NCBI GenBank assembly: GCA_963747875.1
Contig: CAVVGU010000002.1
Coordinates: forward strand, 70,829 to 134,828
DNA: 64,000 nt
Reading direction: 5' to 3'
DNA from: an uncultured Solirubrobacterales bacterium
GTDB lineage: Bacteria; Actinomycetota; Thermoleophilia; Solirubrobacterales; Solirubrobacteraceae
Part shown: piece by piece, positions 22,908-31,774 of the stretch
How positions within the stretch are numbered: the stretch's first letter is position 1
Layout of the letters: each line of letters begins with the position of its first letter
Position numbers and translations under genes: made by a program
Notes under the pieces: model-generated
Told to the model about the DNA's origin: nothing
Databases searched by the model: none
What the model saw: the letters and a program-made list of their open reading frames with translations, nothing else

Positions 22908-25900
22908 TCACCCTCTCCGCTTCTTGGCACGCGTATGGGCATGCCGGTTCTTCCGCTTCTTGTGCGACGCCTTCTTGACCTTCGGACAGCCCGTGACCGC
23001 GATCTTCGTGCTCGTGTGGATCTGCGCGCCGTTCTGCCCGGTGAATTCGGTCGGCATCGCCAGCGACGTCTTGCAGAGGTTGCGGTTCGCCGCCAGCGCC
23101 GAGTACTGGCCCTGGGGCAGCGTCAATTCGAACGTCCCCACCGGCACATCCGGGATCGTCTTGAACGTGCTGCTCGTGATCCCCGTCTTTTCGTTGATGA
23201 ACGTCGAGCCCACCAGGTGCACTGTCGCGCCGTAGCCCTGCAGCACGATGATCAGGCTGGGGAACTGTTCCCCACCATGCGAAACGAAGTACGCCGGGCC
23301 CGTCAACGGCACCGGGATCACCGGCGTCGACGCGGTCGCGTGACCGACGATCGACGCCGCCGGGCATTCCGCGGGGTTCGCTTCGAAGGTGGCCGCCTTG
23401 CACGCCTTCTGCAACGTCGTCAACCGCGACGGCAGCGCCTTCGGCAGTTCCACTTTGACTCTGGCGATGTTCGCGTCGTACGGCCCCGCGGGGTAGCCCA
23501 ATTTGACCGTCAGGCTCGCGCCGCCCGCCCTGGTTGTCTTCCCCGACGTGGACGCGGTCAGCTTCGGCTTGAATGCGAGCACCGCGCAGTTCGTGATCTG
23601 GAACGGCACCGCGAGCGCCGATGTGGACCCTTCGCTCGAGCCGAGGCTGCCGGTGAGCGCCAGCGGGCTGCAGTCCGTCGGGTTGAACGTGAACTGCGGC
23701 CGGTCGATCGAGACGTTCACGTGCTTGATCTGCAACGGGATTCCGTCGAGGATGTGCGGGATCGCGTACGGACCCGATGGGTCGGTCGTGATCGTCAATG
23801 CAGCCGTCGTCTGGTCCACTTCGATCTTCGCACGGACGATCACTTTCCCCAGGTCGAACGGCCCGGCCTTCGCCGGGTTCACGATCGACAGGCCGTACGG
23901 CGCTCCCTCGTACGGCCCAGTGATGAATACTTCACCGCCGGTTACGCTATACGGGTTCCCACCCAAGCCAACACTGACCGTCGTGTGCCCGATCAGGCTT
24001 TCCGGGCCGCACGTCCCCTGGTCGGCCTGGGGTTCCCCACACAGCTTTACGGTGGAGAGCGTGCCGAGCAGTCCCGGGGGCATGTGCAACTGGATCGACT
24101 GCAGGTTCTGTTCGCCGTCTTCGCGGCCCATGGTCATCGTGAAGGGGCTGAAGCCCCCCGCCTGGATACTCGTCGTACCCGCCGTCAGGTTCGGCTTGAA
24201 CGGCAGCGGGCTGCTGCACGGTGTGCCATTCGGCCCGCTCGTGATCCCGAATTCCGAGGAGGAGTCGATCGGTTCGGTCCCCGACCACGGTTCGATCGAC
24301 GCCGTCGTCGTATAGCCACCGCACAACGCCGGGGTCCCCAGTGGCGCGCGGGAGCCGCCGAAGAAGTTCACGTTCAGGTCTTCGAAGGGCAGTTGCGGCG
24401 TTTCCTTGAACGTCGAGACGAGCTGGCCCGTCACCGGATCTGGGGTGACCTGTCCAGCGAGCTTCACCAGGACGCCGGACACCGGGTCCCGCGCGACGAT
24501 ATACAGAGCGACGAGCGACCCGAACGGGTTCGCGTCCTGGTCGGCGAGGTACACCGCGCCGACCAGCGGGTTAGGCAGCAGCGGCGAGCGGATTTCCACG
24601 GTCCCGACCTTCGAGGATTCCGGGCAGGTCACTTCTTCGGGGGAGTTCAGGCCGACCTCGCTCTCCCCACACGCGGACAGCCCATCCGCCCCGGCTGGGT
24701 TCAACACGACGCCCGCCGGCAGCGTGACCGTGGTGTTCCGCACAGTCGCCTGGGCATCCCCCGTCGGGTTCAACCCAGCTGTCTGCGGCACGTGGATGCC
24801 GACCGTCAACCCCGTCGGCGTGCTTCCCGCCTGCCCATCCGGCGTCAAACTCACCGATGGATCGAACGTCAAACGGTTACACCCGGTCAACTCCAGCGGA
24901 TGTTCAAATTCGTCGTGCAGCCTGTATTCCCCCGCGGCCTGCACGGTCGGCTCCGCCCATGAATCCACGGTGACCGTTGGGCTCCATGGCGTCGTGCAGG
25001 ATGTCGGGAGCGTCAGCAGTGGCTGGTAGCCGGTTTCGTTGGACGCTATACACGGGAAGCTGTTGAGGAGTCCGCCGGCGAGGCAGCCCCAACCCCGGGC
25101 CCGGTTGTGCCGCGGATCGCCCGGGGCGCCCCAGAACGTCACCTGGCTACCCAAGAGCTCCGTCAGCTCCGGGATGTCGCTGACGGTGACGACGACGCCA
25201 TAGTCCCCGCCGGTCCGCACCGAGGTATCGAGGATCACCGGGACACCGAGCACCTCGAACCCGAAGCGCGCCGGCTCACCGGGATTCGGCACCAGATTGA
25301 ACAGCGGCGTCGGGAACGTGAACGGCCGCGGCACCAAACCGGGAAACAGCACGGTCGTGTTCGCAACACCAACCGCCGTGGCCGGCGGGCACTCATTCGC
25401 ATAGCCGACTATCGTGGAGAACTCCCCGCTCGTGCACTGCGGGACCGCCTGCGGATTTCCGACCATGCCCGCGGGGAGATAGAACCGCAGGTCCTTCGCC
25501 AACGCCGGGGTCTCCGCGATACCCGACAGTTGACCGGATTCTTTGATCCGCTGGTTGAGATTCAGCGTCGTCGTAAACTGAAAGGGATGTGACCCGGCCT
25601 GCGTATCGACCAAGCCGCCGACACCCTCCGGGGCCTCTTCGAACCATTCCACACCAAACGGCGTCGCTTTTTCACCGATCGTAAACGGCTGGCGCTTGGC
25701 GACCGCTGTCGCGCCGCCGCCTTCAACAACCGCTTCATTCACACCCGACTGCGCGTCCGCTTCGACGCGCACCTTCAATTCGATCACGACCTGTTCATAC
25801 GGGCGGATGCTCTGACGGAACGTGCAGCTCACCGCTTCAAGGGAGCATTCCCCTTCACCGGAGAACCCGACCGGGCCAGCCTCGCCGACGATACCGATCG

Positions 25901-26168
25901 GCACGACCCCCGCCGGCAGGTCATCGGTGAGCGTGATCGGCAGACTGGAGCCATTCGCTTCGTCGTCCCCGAGATTGCTCGCCGCCACCACCACCTTACC
26001 GATGCCCCCGTGCACGAGGTCGGCGGGCGCGACCGTCGCCAGCACATGCCACCACGGCGTTTCGCCTTCGGCGAACGCCGACGCGACACCCACACCAGCT
26101 GTCACACACACCAGCACCAGCGCCAGGACCACCTTTAGAACAGCCAGCTTACCGACTCTTATCATCAT
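22908..26168 (-). CDS. type A3: large secreted Cys-motif repeat protein with polybasic tail
   Basis: The signal-like N-terminus MMIRVGKLAVLKVVLALVLVCVTAGVGVASAFA is followed by TPWWHV. The C-terminal half is about nine-tenths identical to A2 by eye and ends VTGCPKVKKASHKKRKNRHAHTRAKKRRG. The gene starts 5 nt after the B3 stop, with GGAGGA overlapping that stop. Confidence 0.85.
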   Translation of the reverse strand: MMIRVGKLAVLKVVLALVLVCVTAGVGVASAFAEGETPWWHVLATVAPADLVHGGIGKVVVAASNLGDDEANGSSLPITLTDDLPAGVVPIGIVGEAGPVGFSGEGECSLEAVSCTFRQSIRPYEQVVIELKVRVEADAQSGVNEAVVEGGGATAVAKRQPFTIGEKATPFGVEWFEEAPEGVGGLVDTQAGSHPFQFTTTLNLNQRIKESGQLSGIAETPALAKDLRFYLPAGMVGNPQAVPQCTSGEFSTIVGYANECPPATAVGVANTTVLFPGLVPRPFTFPTPLFNLVPNPGEPARFGFEVLGVPVILDTSVRTGGDYGVVVTVSDIPELTELLGSQVTFWGAPGDPRHNRARGWGCLAGGLLNSFPCIASNETGYQPLLTLPTSCTTPWSPTVTVDSWAEPTVQAAGEYRLHDEFEHPLELTGCNRLTFDPSVSLTPDGQAGSTPTGLTVGIHVPQTAGLNPTGDAQATVRNTTVTLPAGVVLNPAGADGLSACGESEVGLNSPEEVTCPESSKVGTVEIRSPLLPNPLVGAVYLADQDANPFGSLVALYIVARDPVSGVLVKLAGQVTPDPVTGQLVSTFKETPQLPFEDLNVNFFGGSRAPLGTPALCGGYTTTASIEPWSGTEPIDSSSEFGITSGPNGTPCSSPLPFKPNLTAGTTSIQAGGFSPFTMTMGREDGEQNLQSIQLHMPPGLLGTLSTVKLCGEPQADQGTCGPESLIGHTTVSVGLGGNPYSVTGGEVFITGPYEGAPYGLSIVNPAKAGPFDLGKVIVRAKIEVDQTTAALTITTDPSGPYAIPHILDGIPLQIKHVNVSIDRPQFTFNPTDCSPLALTGSLGSSEGSTSALAVPFQITNCAVLAFKPKLTASTSGKTTRAGGASLTVKLGYPAGPYDANIARVKVELPKALPSRLTTLQKACKAATFEANPAECPAASIVGHATASTPVIPVPLTGPAYFVSHGGEQFPSLIIVLQGYGATVHLVGSTFINEKTGITSSTFKTIPDVPVGTFELTLPQGQYSALAANRNLCKTSLAMPTEFTGQNGAQIHTSTKIAVTGCPKVKKASHKKRKNRHAHTRAKKRRG

Positions 26169-26173
26169 TCCTC

Positions 26174-29100
26174 CTAGCGCCTGGTCCCGGCGGACAAGCT
26201 CCTGCGCGCCCGCGAACTCTTACCCTTACCCCTGCCCCTACCCCTGCTTCTGCCCTTCGGTTTGGGTTTGCGCTTTGCGTGAGAGGGCTTCCGCTTCGCG
26301 CCCCGCTTCGGCATGCTTACGCTTTCCGCCGCCACGGACGGCGCGACGTTGCCCGCCCCCGCGAACGTCGCACTCGACGGCGCACCGAAGATCGCCGGCT
26401 GCGGCGAAGGCGCCGCCTTGCACGCATCCCCACTGGTGCATGGCGGCGGCGAAACCGGCTCGCTCACACACGGCACCGCCTGCGAGCAGATATGCGCGTC
26501 ATACACATCATACGAGCTATCGACATCCTGCCGCACGAGCCTCGCCGCCGTCAGGAAGAACACATCGTCGCCGTTTTCGCTCGCATCCAGGAACGCCGAT
26601 TCTTCACCCGAGGTCCCCGACGAGATCAATGCGACACAGCCGCCCGGGCGCGCACAGCCGACTCCCTCGGGCTCGTACTCGTACACATCCGCCTTCCCGT
26701 TCGTATCCTGCGCCACCAGCGAATCGAAGCTGTTGAAGAACAGTCGCCCTTCGTCGGAAACCACACGCGACGGATAGCCGGTCTCCACTTCGCCGCCGGG
26801 ATTGCTCACATGCGTCCACTCGGGGATATTCCCCGCCAGCCAGCGACCTACCCAGAGCTGGGACTTGTCCGCGAGCGGCTGGTTCTGTTCTCTCCCCACG
26901 AGGAGACCGTCGGGTCGCGCTCCCGTCGGATCGCATGACACGCACTTCAGCTGACCGGTCTGCTCGTCGTAGAGGAAGACCTCCTCGTCCGGCTGTCCGC
27001 TGATCGCGTCACGATTGTCATACCCCGTCAAGCTGCGATCCGACATGAACGCCAGGTACCGCCCATTCCTCGATACCCTCGACGTGAGATCCACAAGGCT
27101 GTTCACGGCATTGGCTCCCCAGTCGTTGCTGTCTTCTTCAGAGAGAACCCCGATAAGCCGTGGCGCCGACCAAGACGAGCTCGTCTCGGACTCCACATAC
27201 AGGTTGTCCGCGCCCGCTTCCGCACCGCCGGCCAGCACACCCCTGGCCACAAAGTATACAACCGTGCCATCTCCATTCGTGCCCACGACCTGACGCTGAA
27301 CACTCGCCTGTTCCCCCGTATTCCGGGTAACCGACAGATCCGTCAACGAACCCGTATCGGTGTCATACACATACAGGTCGCTGGGACCTCCCTGCCCTGG
27401 CGGCAGAGGGTTCAGCTTCGAATCGAGCGTCAGAGGCTCTTCGTCGGTGAAGAACACCATCGAGCCATCCGCGCTCGCGATCTGAAACGCCGCGTCGTGG
27501 AAAGGGGGCGGCGAGACTCCTGGCGCCGGTTCATCCACCTCAACCATCTCACCCGTCACCATATCGCGGGAATAGAGACGCACACCACCGTTGTTACTTT
27601 CGAAGGCGACCCGCGAACCGTCACTCGACAACATACCCCGCTCAAAATACCGATCCCGTCCAGCGATGGCGCCTTCACGGACAGTGCCACCCGGGACATT
27701 TACGAGCTGCAACCGGCCCGCAGACCACTCGTAGAGATTTTTATGGGCGGGTTCGAGCGGGAGTCCCGTAGTGGTCAGCGCGTCGTTGGACAGGATAAGC
27801 TCGTGCGATAGATCCGGCGTTGCGGCAATGACAAGAAGGCTTTCGGCGTCACCGAATTTGGTTCCCGGCGCCACGTCGTTGGGCTCCACCAGCGGCAAAT
27901 AGGTCCCGCTGGCATTTTCGCGCAGATATGGGGTGCGTTCCGTCGCTTCGGGCGAGAGCGGCGCTTCGGCGGTCGGATCCACCAGGCCTAAAGAGAGGTC
28001 GGACGAAAAGAACTGGTATTCATTCTCCCCGACTTCGCCAGCCGCCCTGTGCGGTGGCGAGATGTCTTCCGAGGACCAGCCGTCCGCGCCGCGCCGCGAG
28101 AGCACCTGCGTCGGCGCGAGTGGAGCCGGATTACCGAGCACGTTGCTCCCGACCGGGCCGCTCGCGACATAGCTGATCGCGCTGCCGTCGACCGAGGACT
28201 CGATCAACCCTCCACCACTCAAGGTGTATGGCCCGATCGGTTCGATGCTCGCGCCGTCCTTGACGGGCGGTGAGACCAGTTCCCACTCCCGGCCATCGGG
28301 CAGCGAGAACGCGCCACCACCGGTCTGCGTCGTGAACGTCTCATCCGGCCCATACACCGTGCCGAGCACGTTGCTCGCGACGACACGGACGTGATACGTC
28401 GTCTCGTCCGGCAGATCCTCGGCGCGCACAGCGACCGCCTCGCTGCTCGTCTCCGGGCCGAGATCCCCGGCTGGGATGGGCACACTCTGTCCGTAGGAGA
28501 CGCTCGTCCCGTATTCGAAGGCGTACGTCGTGTCCGAGCCCCCCGGGTCGACTGACGCCTGGAACAGCGCGCTCGTCGAGGAGACGTCTGTCACGCCCTC
28601 TTCGCTGAGCACGACCGGCTCGGGCGTCAGGAACGTGCGGTCGCTACCGATGTTGGCGCCGTTTGCGTTGGATGCCTTCAGCCGGAAGTGGTACTTGGTC
28701 AACGGTTCCAGGCCGGTCAGGTTCGCGCTCACATCGACCGGGCCGCTGCCGGAGCCCGGACTGGGGGAACATGCCGCACTCTGCCCGTATGCCGTGGTTG
28801 TGCCGTATTCGAACACGCATTCGGTGACGGGCAGCCCGTCGGGGTTCACGACGCCGCTTACCGTCATCGATGTTTCGGCGAAGTTCGACGCCGAGCCCGT
28901 ACTCACGTCCGGGACGACGAATGCCGAGAACACATCGACCGCATCCCCCGACGCGCTGGAGACGTAGACGATCCCCGTCGCCGAGTCGACCGCGATGCCT
29001 TCACTGGCCTGCATCTGCGGCGAGCCGAACCGCTCGATCAGCGAGTTCGACGGGCCGTAGGCCGCGACGCTCGTTTCGTGATCGACGTACACGTCGTCGC

Positions 29101-29941
29101 TCGACAGATCGACGGCGAGACCGCTCGTTTCTTCGCCGTCCAGTTCTTGATCGAGCACTTCGCCTGCCTTCGAGAACTTAGCCGGGGTCGCGAACCGAGA
29201 GAGATCAAACGGGCGATACCCGATATAGAAGTTGTCTTCCGATTCAAGCGCGAAACCGAACAATGCCGGCGCGCTTTCCGCGCTCAGACCCTTGAAGTTC
29301 GACTTGACCTCGGTCGACGAAAGGAATGCGTTCGTCACGGCATCGTTGAAAACGTACATCCTCGAGGCCAGTTCGCCGACCTGCACCCACAGCTCACCGC
29401 TGGGGTCGACCGCGATTGCAGCCAGGTGGATTGCACCTGGCCTAGGCTGGGCGGGAAAGGGAGCGGTTGGGGATGAGCCCGTCACCTGTCCCAAATATTC
29501 GCCGCTCGCGCTGAACTTATCGACCACGCCTCGGCCCTGATCGGCCACGTACACGTCGCCTCTCGAAGGATCGCTAGGGTTCATCGAGCTGTCGACGGCC
29601 ACCGAGCCCCCCTCCCCTTCCCTGGAATCTTCAACCAACCACGAGAATCGCCCGGTCGGCGATCCTTCACCATTGAACTGCCCCACATACGCCCCCGTCG
29701 AGCTGAAGATCTCCACGCGCTCGTTACCCCGGTCGACCACGTACACATCGCCGGTCGCTTCGTTCACCGCCACCGCGCCGGGCTGCGCCAGCTCCCCGTC
29801 GCCCGAGCCTTCGCTCCCGAACGATTTGCTGAACACGTGCTCGCGCTGCGCCAGCGCCGGCGCGCTCCACACGAACAGCAACCCGCCGACCACGGCGCAC
29901 AACACAACGAGCGTTCTCGACAGCGACCGGCGAGCAATCAT
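26174..29941 (-). CDS. type B3: secreted NHL-repeat plus Fn3-like plus PD40-like beta-propeller protein with polybasic tail
   Basis: The start is set at ATG 29941 (MIARRSLSRTLVVLCAVVGGLLFVWSAPALA, with GGGAGGGGA upstream). NHL blades include GDVYVVDRGNERVEIF and GDVYVADQGRGVVDKF. Fn3-like units carry TKYHFRLKA and TTYHVRVVA. The C-terminus is CTSGDAC...TFAGAGNV plus a K/R tail. Confidence 0.85.
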   Translation of the reverse strand: MIARRSLSRTLVVLCAVVGGLLFVWSAPALAQREHVFSKSFGSEGSGDGELAQPGAVAVNEATGDVYVVDRGNERVEIFSSTGAYVGQFNGEGSPTGRFSWLVEDSREGEGGSVAVDSSMNPSDPSRGDVYVADQGRGVVDKFSASGEYLGQVTGSSPTAPFPAQPRPGAIHLAAIAVDPSGELWVQVGELASRMYVFNDAVTNAFLSSTEVKSNFKGLSAESAPALFGFALESEDNFYIGYRPFDLSRFATPAKFSKAGEVLDQELDGEETSGLAVDLSSDDVYVDHETSVAAYGPSNSLIERFGSPQMQASEGIAVDSATGIVYVSSASGDAVDVFSAFVVPDVSTGSASNFAETSMTVSGVVNPDGLPVTECVFEYGTTTAYGQSAACSPSPGSGSGPVDVSANLTGLEPLTKYHFRLKASNANGANIGSDRTFLTPEPVVLSEEGVTDVSSTSALFQASVDPGGSDTTYAFEYGTSVSYGQSVPIPAGDLGPETSSEAVAVRAEDLPDETTYHVRVVASNVLGTVYGPDETFTTQTGGGAFSLPDGREWELVSPPVKDGASIEPIGPYTLSGGGLIESSVDGSAISYVASGPVGSNVLGNPAPLAPTQVLSRRGADGWSSEDISPPHRAAGEVGENEYQFFSSDLSLGLVDPTAEAPLSPEATERTPYLRENASGTYLPLVEPNDVAPGTKFGDAESLLVIAATPDLSHELILSNDALTTTGLPLEPAHKNLYEWSAGRLQLVNVPGGTVREGAIAGRDRYFERGMLSSDGSRVAFESNNGGVRLYSRDMVTGEMVEVDEPAPGVSPPPFHDAAFQIASADGSMVFFTDEEPLTLDSKLNPLPPGQGGPSDLYVYDTDTGSLTDLSVTRNTGEQASVQRQVVGTNGDGTVVYFVARGVLAGGAEAGADNLYVESETSSSWSAPRLIGVLSEEDSNDWGANAVNSLVDLTSRVSRNGRYLAFMSDRSLTGYDNRDAISGQPDEEVFLYDEQTGQLKCVSCDPTGARPDGLLVGREQNQPLADKSQLWVGRWLAGNIPEWTHVSNPGGEVETGYPSRVVSDEGRLFFNSFDSLVAQDTNGKADVYEYEPEGVGCARPGGCVALISSGTSGEESAFLDASENGDDVFFLTAARLVRQDVDSSYDVYDAHICSQAVPCVSEPVSPPPCTSGDACKAAPSPQPAIFGAPSSATFAGAGNVAPSVAAESVSMPKRGAKRKPSHAKRKPKPKGRSRGRGRGKGKSSRARRSLSAGTRR

Positions 29942-30188
29942 CACACCATCCCCTCCCAGAAGGAATCCATACAAAACCCACCCGCACGCGGGCAGCACAA
30001 GGCCACCGCGCACGGGCGGCCCGCGGCGGCGAAGAAGTTAGATGCACGCACGCGTTGCGTGAAAGACAGGCTGCGGACCATCAAAAACAGCCAGCGAAGC
30101 GCAGGTCTACCCCACCCCCCCGGGGGGGATACCGGACGGCCCGCCAGGACCGGCCGCAGAGGGCTCTCAGCGGCTAGCCGAGAGGCAC

Positions 30189-30210
30189 AAGAGAGAGAGA
30201 GAGAGAGAGA
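30189..30210. repeat. (AG)11 / (CT)11 microsatellite in leader copy 2
   Basis: Counted directly as 11 AG units. Confidence 0.9.
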
Positions 30211-30449
30211 GATGCGGCAGGCTGCTGCCGCATCTAGCTACGCCCCCCTGACGGGGCGCGAGAACTCTCATCACGTCTGTCCCTCCAGAACTCACGCGTA
30301 AACAACTCCCTCGAGCAATTCGACCCAGGCTCCCTCTCCCAAGGGCTCCCATTTACAAGCGCTTCAGCGGGCCGGCCGCGAGGGCCCGGACCCAAACCTG
30401 ATCTATGTTGAAAAACACCCGGCGACCCAAAAGACCACCGTGTGTTGCC

Positions 30450-30479
30450 CATCATATACACGTTCGTAGGCCCGCGTCA
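30450..30479 (-). promoter_or_regulatory. near-consensus promoter TTGACG-18 nt-TATGAT (minus strand), copy 2
   Basis: On the plus strand, atcata lies at 30450-30455 and cgtcaa at 30474-30479. On the minus strand it is preceded by the hairpin ACCTCCG-n11-CGGAGGT (plus-strand coordinates about 30496-30520), which could terminate the R4 transcript. Confidence 0.5.
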
Positions 30480-30579
30480 AGCCCCCAACCACGAACACCT
30501 CCGGAGGCCGCCCTCGGAGGTCGTCAAACCAGGGGCAAACCCCCGTTTCCTCATCGCTATGCCGTTCGCACCCAGGCGC

Positions 30580-31746
30580 TCAGCGACCCTCCTCCGCGCC
30601 GGCCGGCCCGTCATCCGCGCGGGCCTGGGCGTGGATCGTACGCTGCAACTGCTCCCCACGGAGCGTGAGCCGCCACGCGTTCGGCCCCCCGCGACGGACC
30701 TCGCCGTCGCCCGCGTTGAGGATCAACCCGAGGTGCAGCAGGCGCTGCAGCAACTTCGAGGTCTGGCCCTGGTCCGCGATCCCCGCCGCGTCGCCCACCT
30801 GCCGGTTCGACGCCCCTGGCGCCGCGGCGATCGCCAACAACACTCGCACCGTGCGGTAGGTCAAGCGCATGTCTAGCCCCCTCAGCGGGTCCTCGCGCAC
30901 ACTGGGTCCCGCCGCCGTGACCTTCGGTACCGGCCGCGCCAGCTCCCGCGCCGCCGCCGCCGACCCCAGGTAGGGCAGCACGACCATCCCCATCAAGGGA
31001 CCCGCCAAGCTCGTCAGCGGCCCCCCGTTACGCGCCCGCACCCTGCCGCGCGCCCGAGCGCTGATGCGCGCCGACTCGGAGTCGCCCCCCGACCCCCCAC
31101 CACGCGTCCGCCCCCCACCACGCGCCGACGCCCCACCGCGCACCGGCGCCCCACCCCCGACCAACTCGGAGCCCCGCGCCGGCCCCGCGCCACGCTCCGA
31201 CAGCCGTGTGTGCAGCACCGCGAGCACCGCACCGACGACACCCTCACCACTGAGCGGCGCCGCCTCGCCGCGCCTCGCTTCCCCGCGGCCCTCCTCGACC
31301 GCGGCGACGAGCACACGCACCACCGCCGTGCGGCGCTCCAGCGCCCGCGGACCCGCGCCGAGCGCATGCACCACACACAACGCTCCCAGATCCGGCTCCT
31401 CATCGAAGAACCCCAGCAGCGCCACCAGCGCACCGCGGACCCGCTCGCGCCAGCGCCCCGCACCCTCGAACACGGGCACTACCCTGGCCGCCGCGCGCTC
31501 CACCGCCTGGTCGAACGCCGCCAGGAAGCACTCCTCGCGATCCGCGAACAGTTCATAGAACGTCCTGCGCGAGACGCCCGCCCGGGCGACTATATGCGCG
31601 ACCGTCGCCCCCGTTGCGCCACGTTCCGCTACGACCTCGCAGAGCGCCCCCAGCACCCTGCTGCGCTGGATCTCATCGACCTGCTCGCGCGCGAAGGAGA
31701 CACCCTGCTCCCCGACCCGCAGCCGAATGACGCTCTTGCGCGACAC
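30580..31746 (-). CDS. type R4: dual-HTH regulator (TetR-type HTH plus MarR-like wHTH) with a long RGG-rich linker
   Basis: The start is set at GTG 31746 (VSRKSVIRLRVGEQGVSFAREQ), homologous to the R1 start and again 28 nt after the A stop. The linker is GGGAPVRGGASARGGGRTRGGGSGGDSESARISARARGRVRARNGG. The C-terminal wHTH matches that of R1. Confidence 0.8.
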   Translation of the reverse strand: MSRKSVIRLRVGEQGVSFAREQVDEIQRSRVLGALCEVVAERGATGATVAHIVARAGVSRRTFYELFADREECFLAAFDQAVERAAARVVPVFEGAGRWRERVRGALVALLGFFDEEPDLGALCVVHALGAGPRALERRTAVVRVLVAAVEEGRGEARRGEAAPLSGEGVVGAVLAVLHTRLSERGAGPARGSELVGGGAPVRGGASARGGGRTRGGGSGGDSESARISARARGRVRARNGGPLTSLAGPLMGMVVLPYLGSAAAARELARPVPKVTAAGPSVREDPLRGLDMRLTYRTVRVLLAIAAAPGASNRQVGDAAGIADQGQTSKLLQRLLHLGLILNAGDGEVRRGGPNAWRLTLRGEQLQRTIHAQARADDGPAGAEEGR

Positions 31747-31774
31747 GCCGTTGGCGACCCGGGCGATGGCCCAC

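Larger units (their letters stand above)
30166..30538 (-). repeat. leader/promoter repeat, copy 2
   Basis: Near-identical to copy 1 over its whole length. It lies between the R4 stop (30580) and the B3 start (29941) and contains (AG)11. Confidence 0.9.

Noticed and set aside
22764-24962. Very long alternative-frame or antisense ORFs rich in R/A/G/P. Other examples are 481-1530, 3003-4016, 3519-5279, 14661-16025, 31727-34459, 34783-37251, 46660-48999, 51839-53992 and 55937-57466.
   Set aside because: These are typical stop-codon-poor shadow frames of a high-GC genome. They overlap ORFs with clear motifs or paralog support, and their products are low-complexity.
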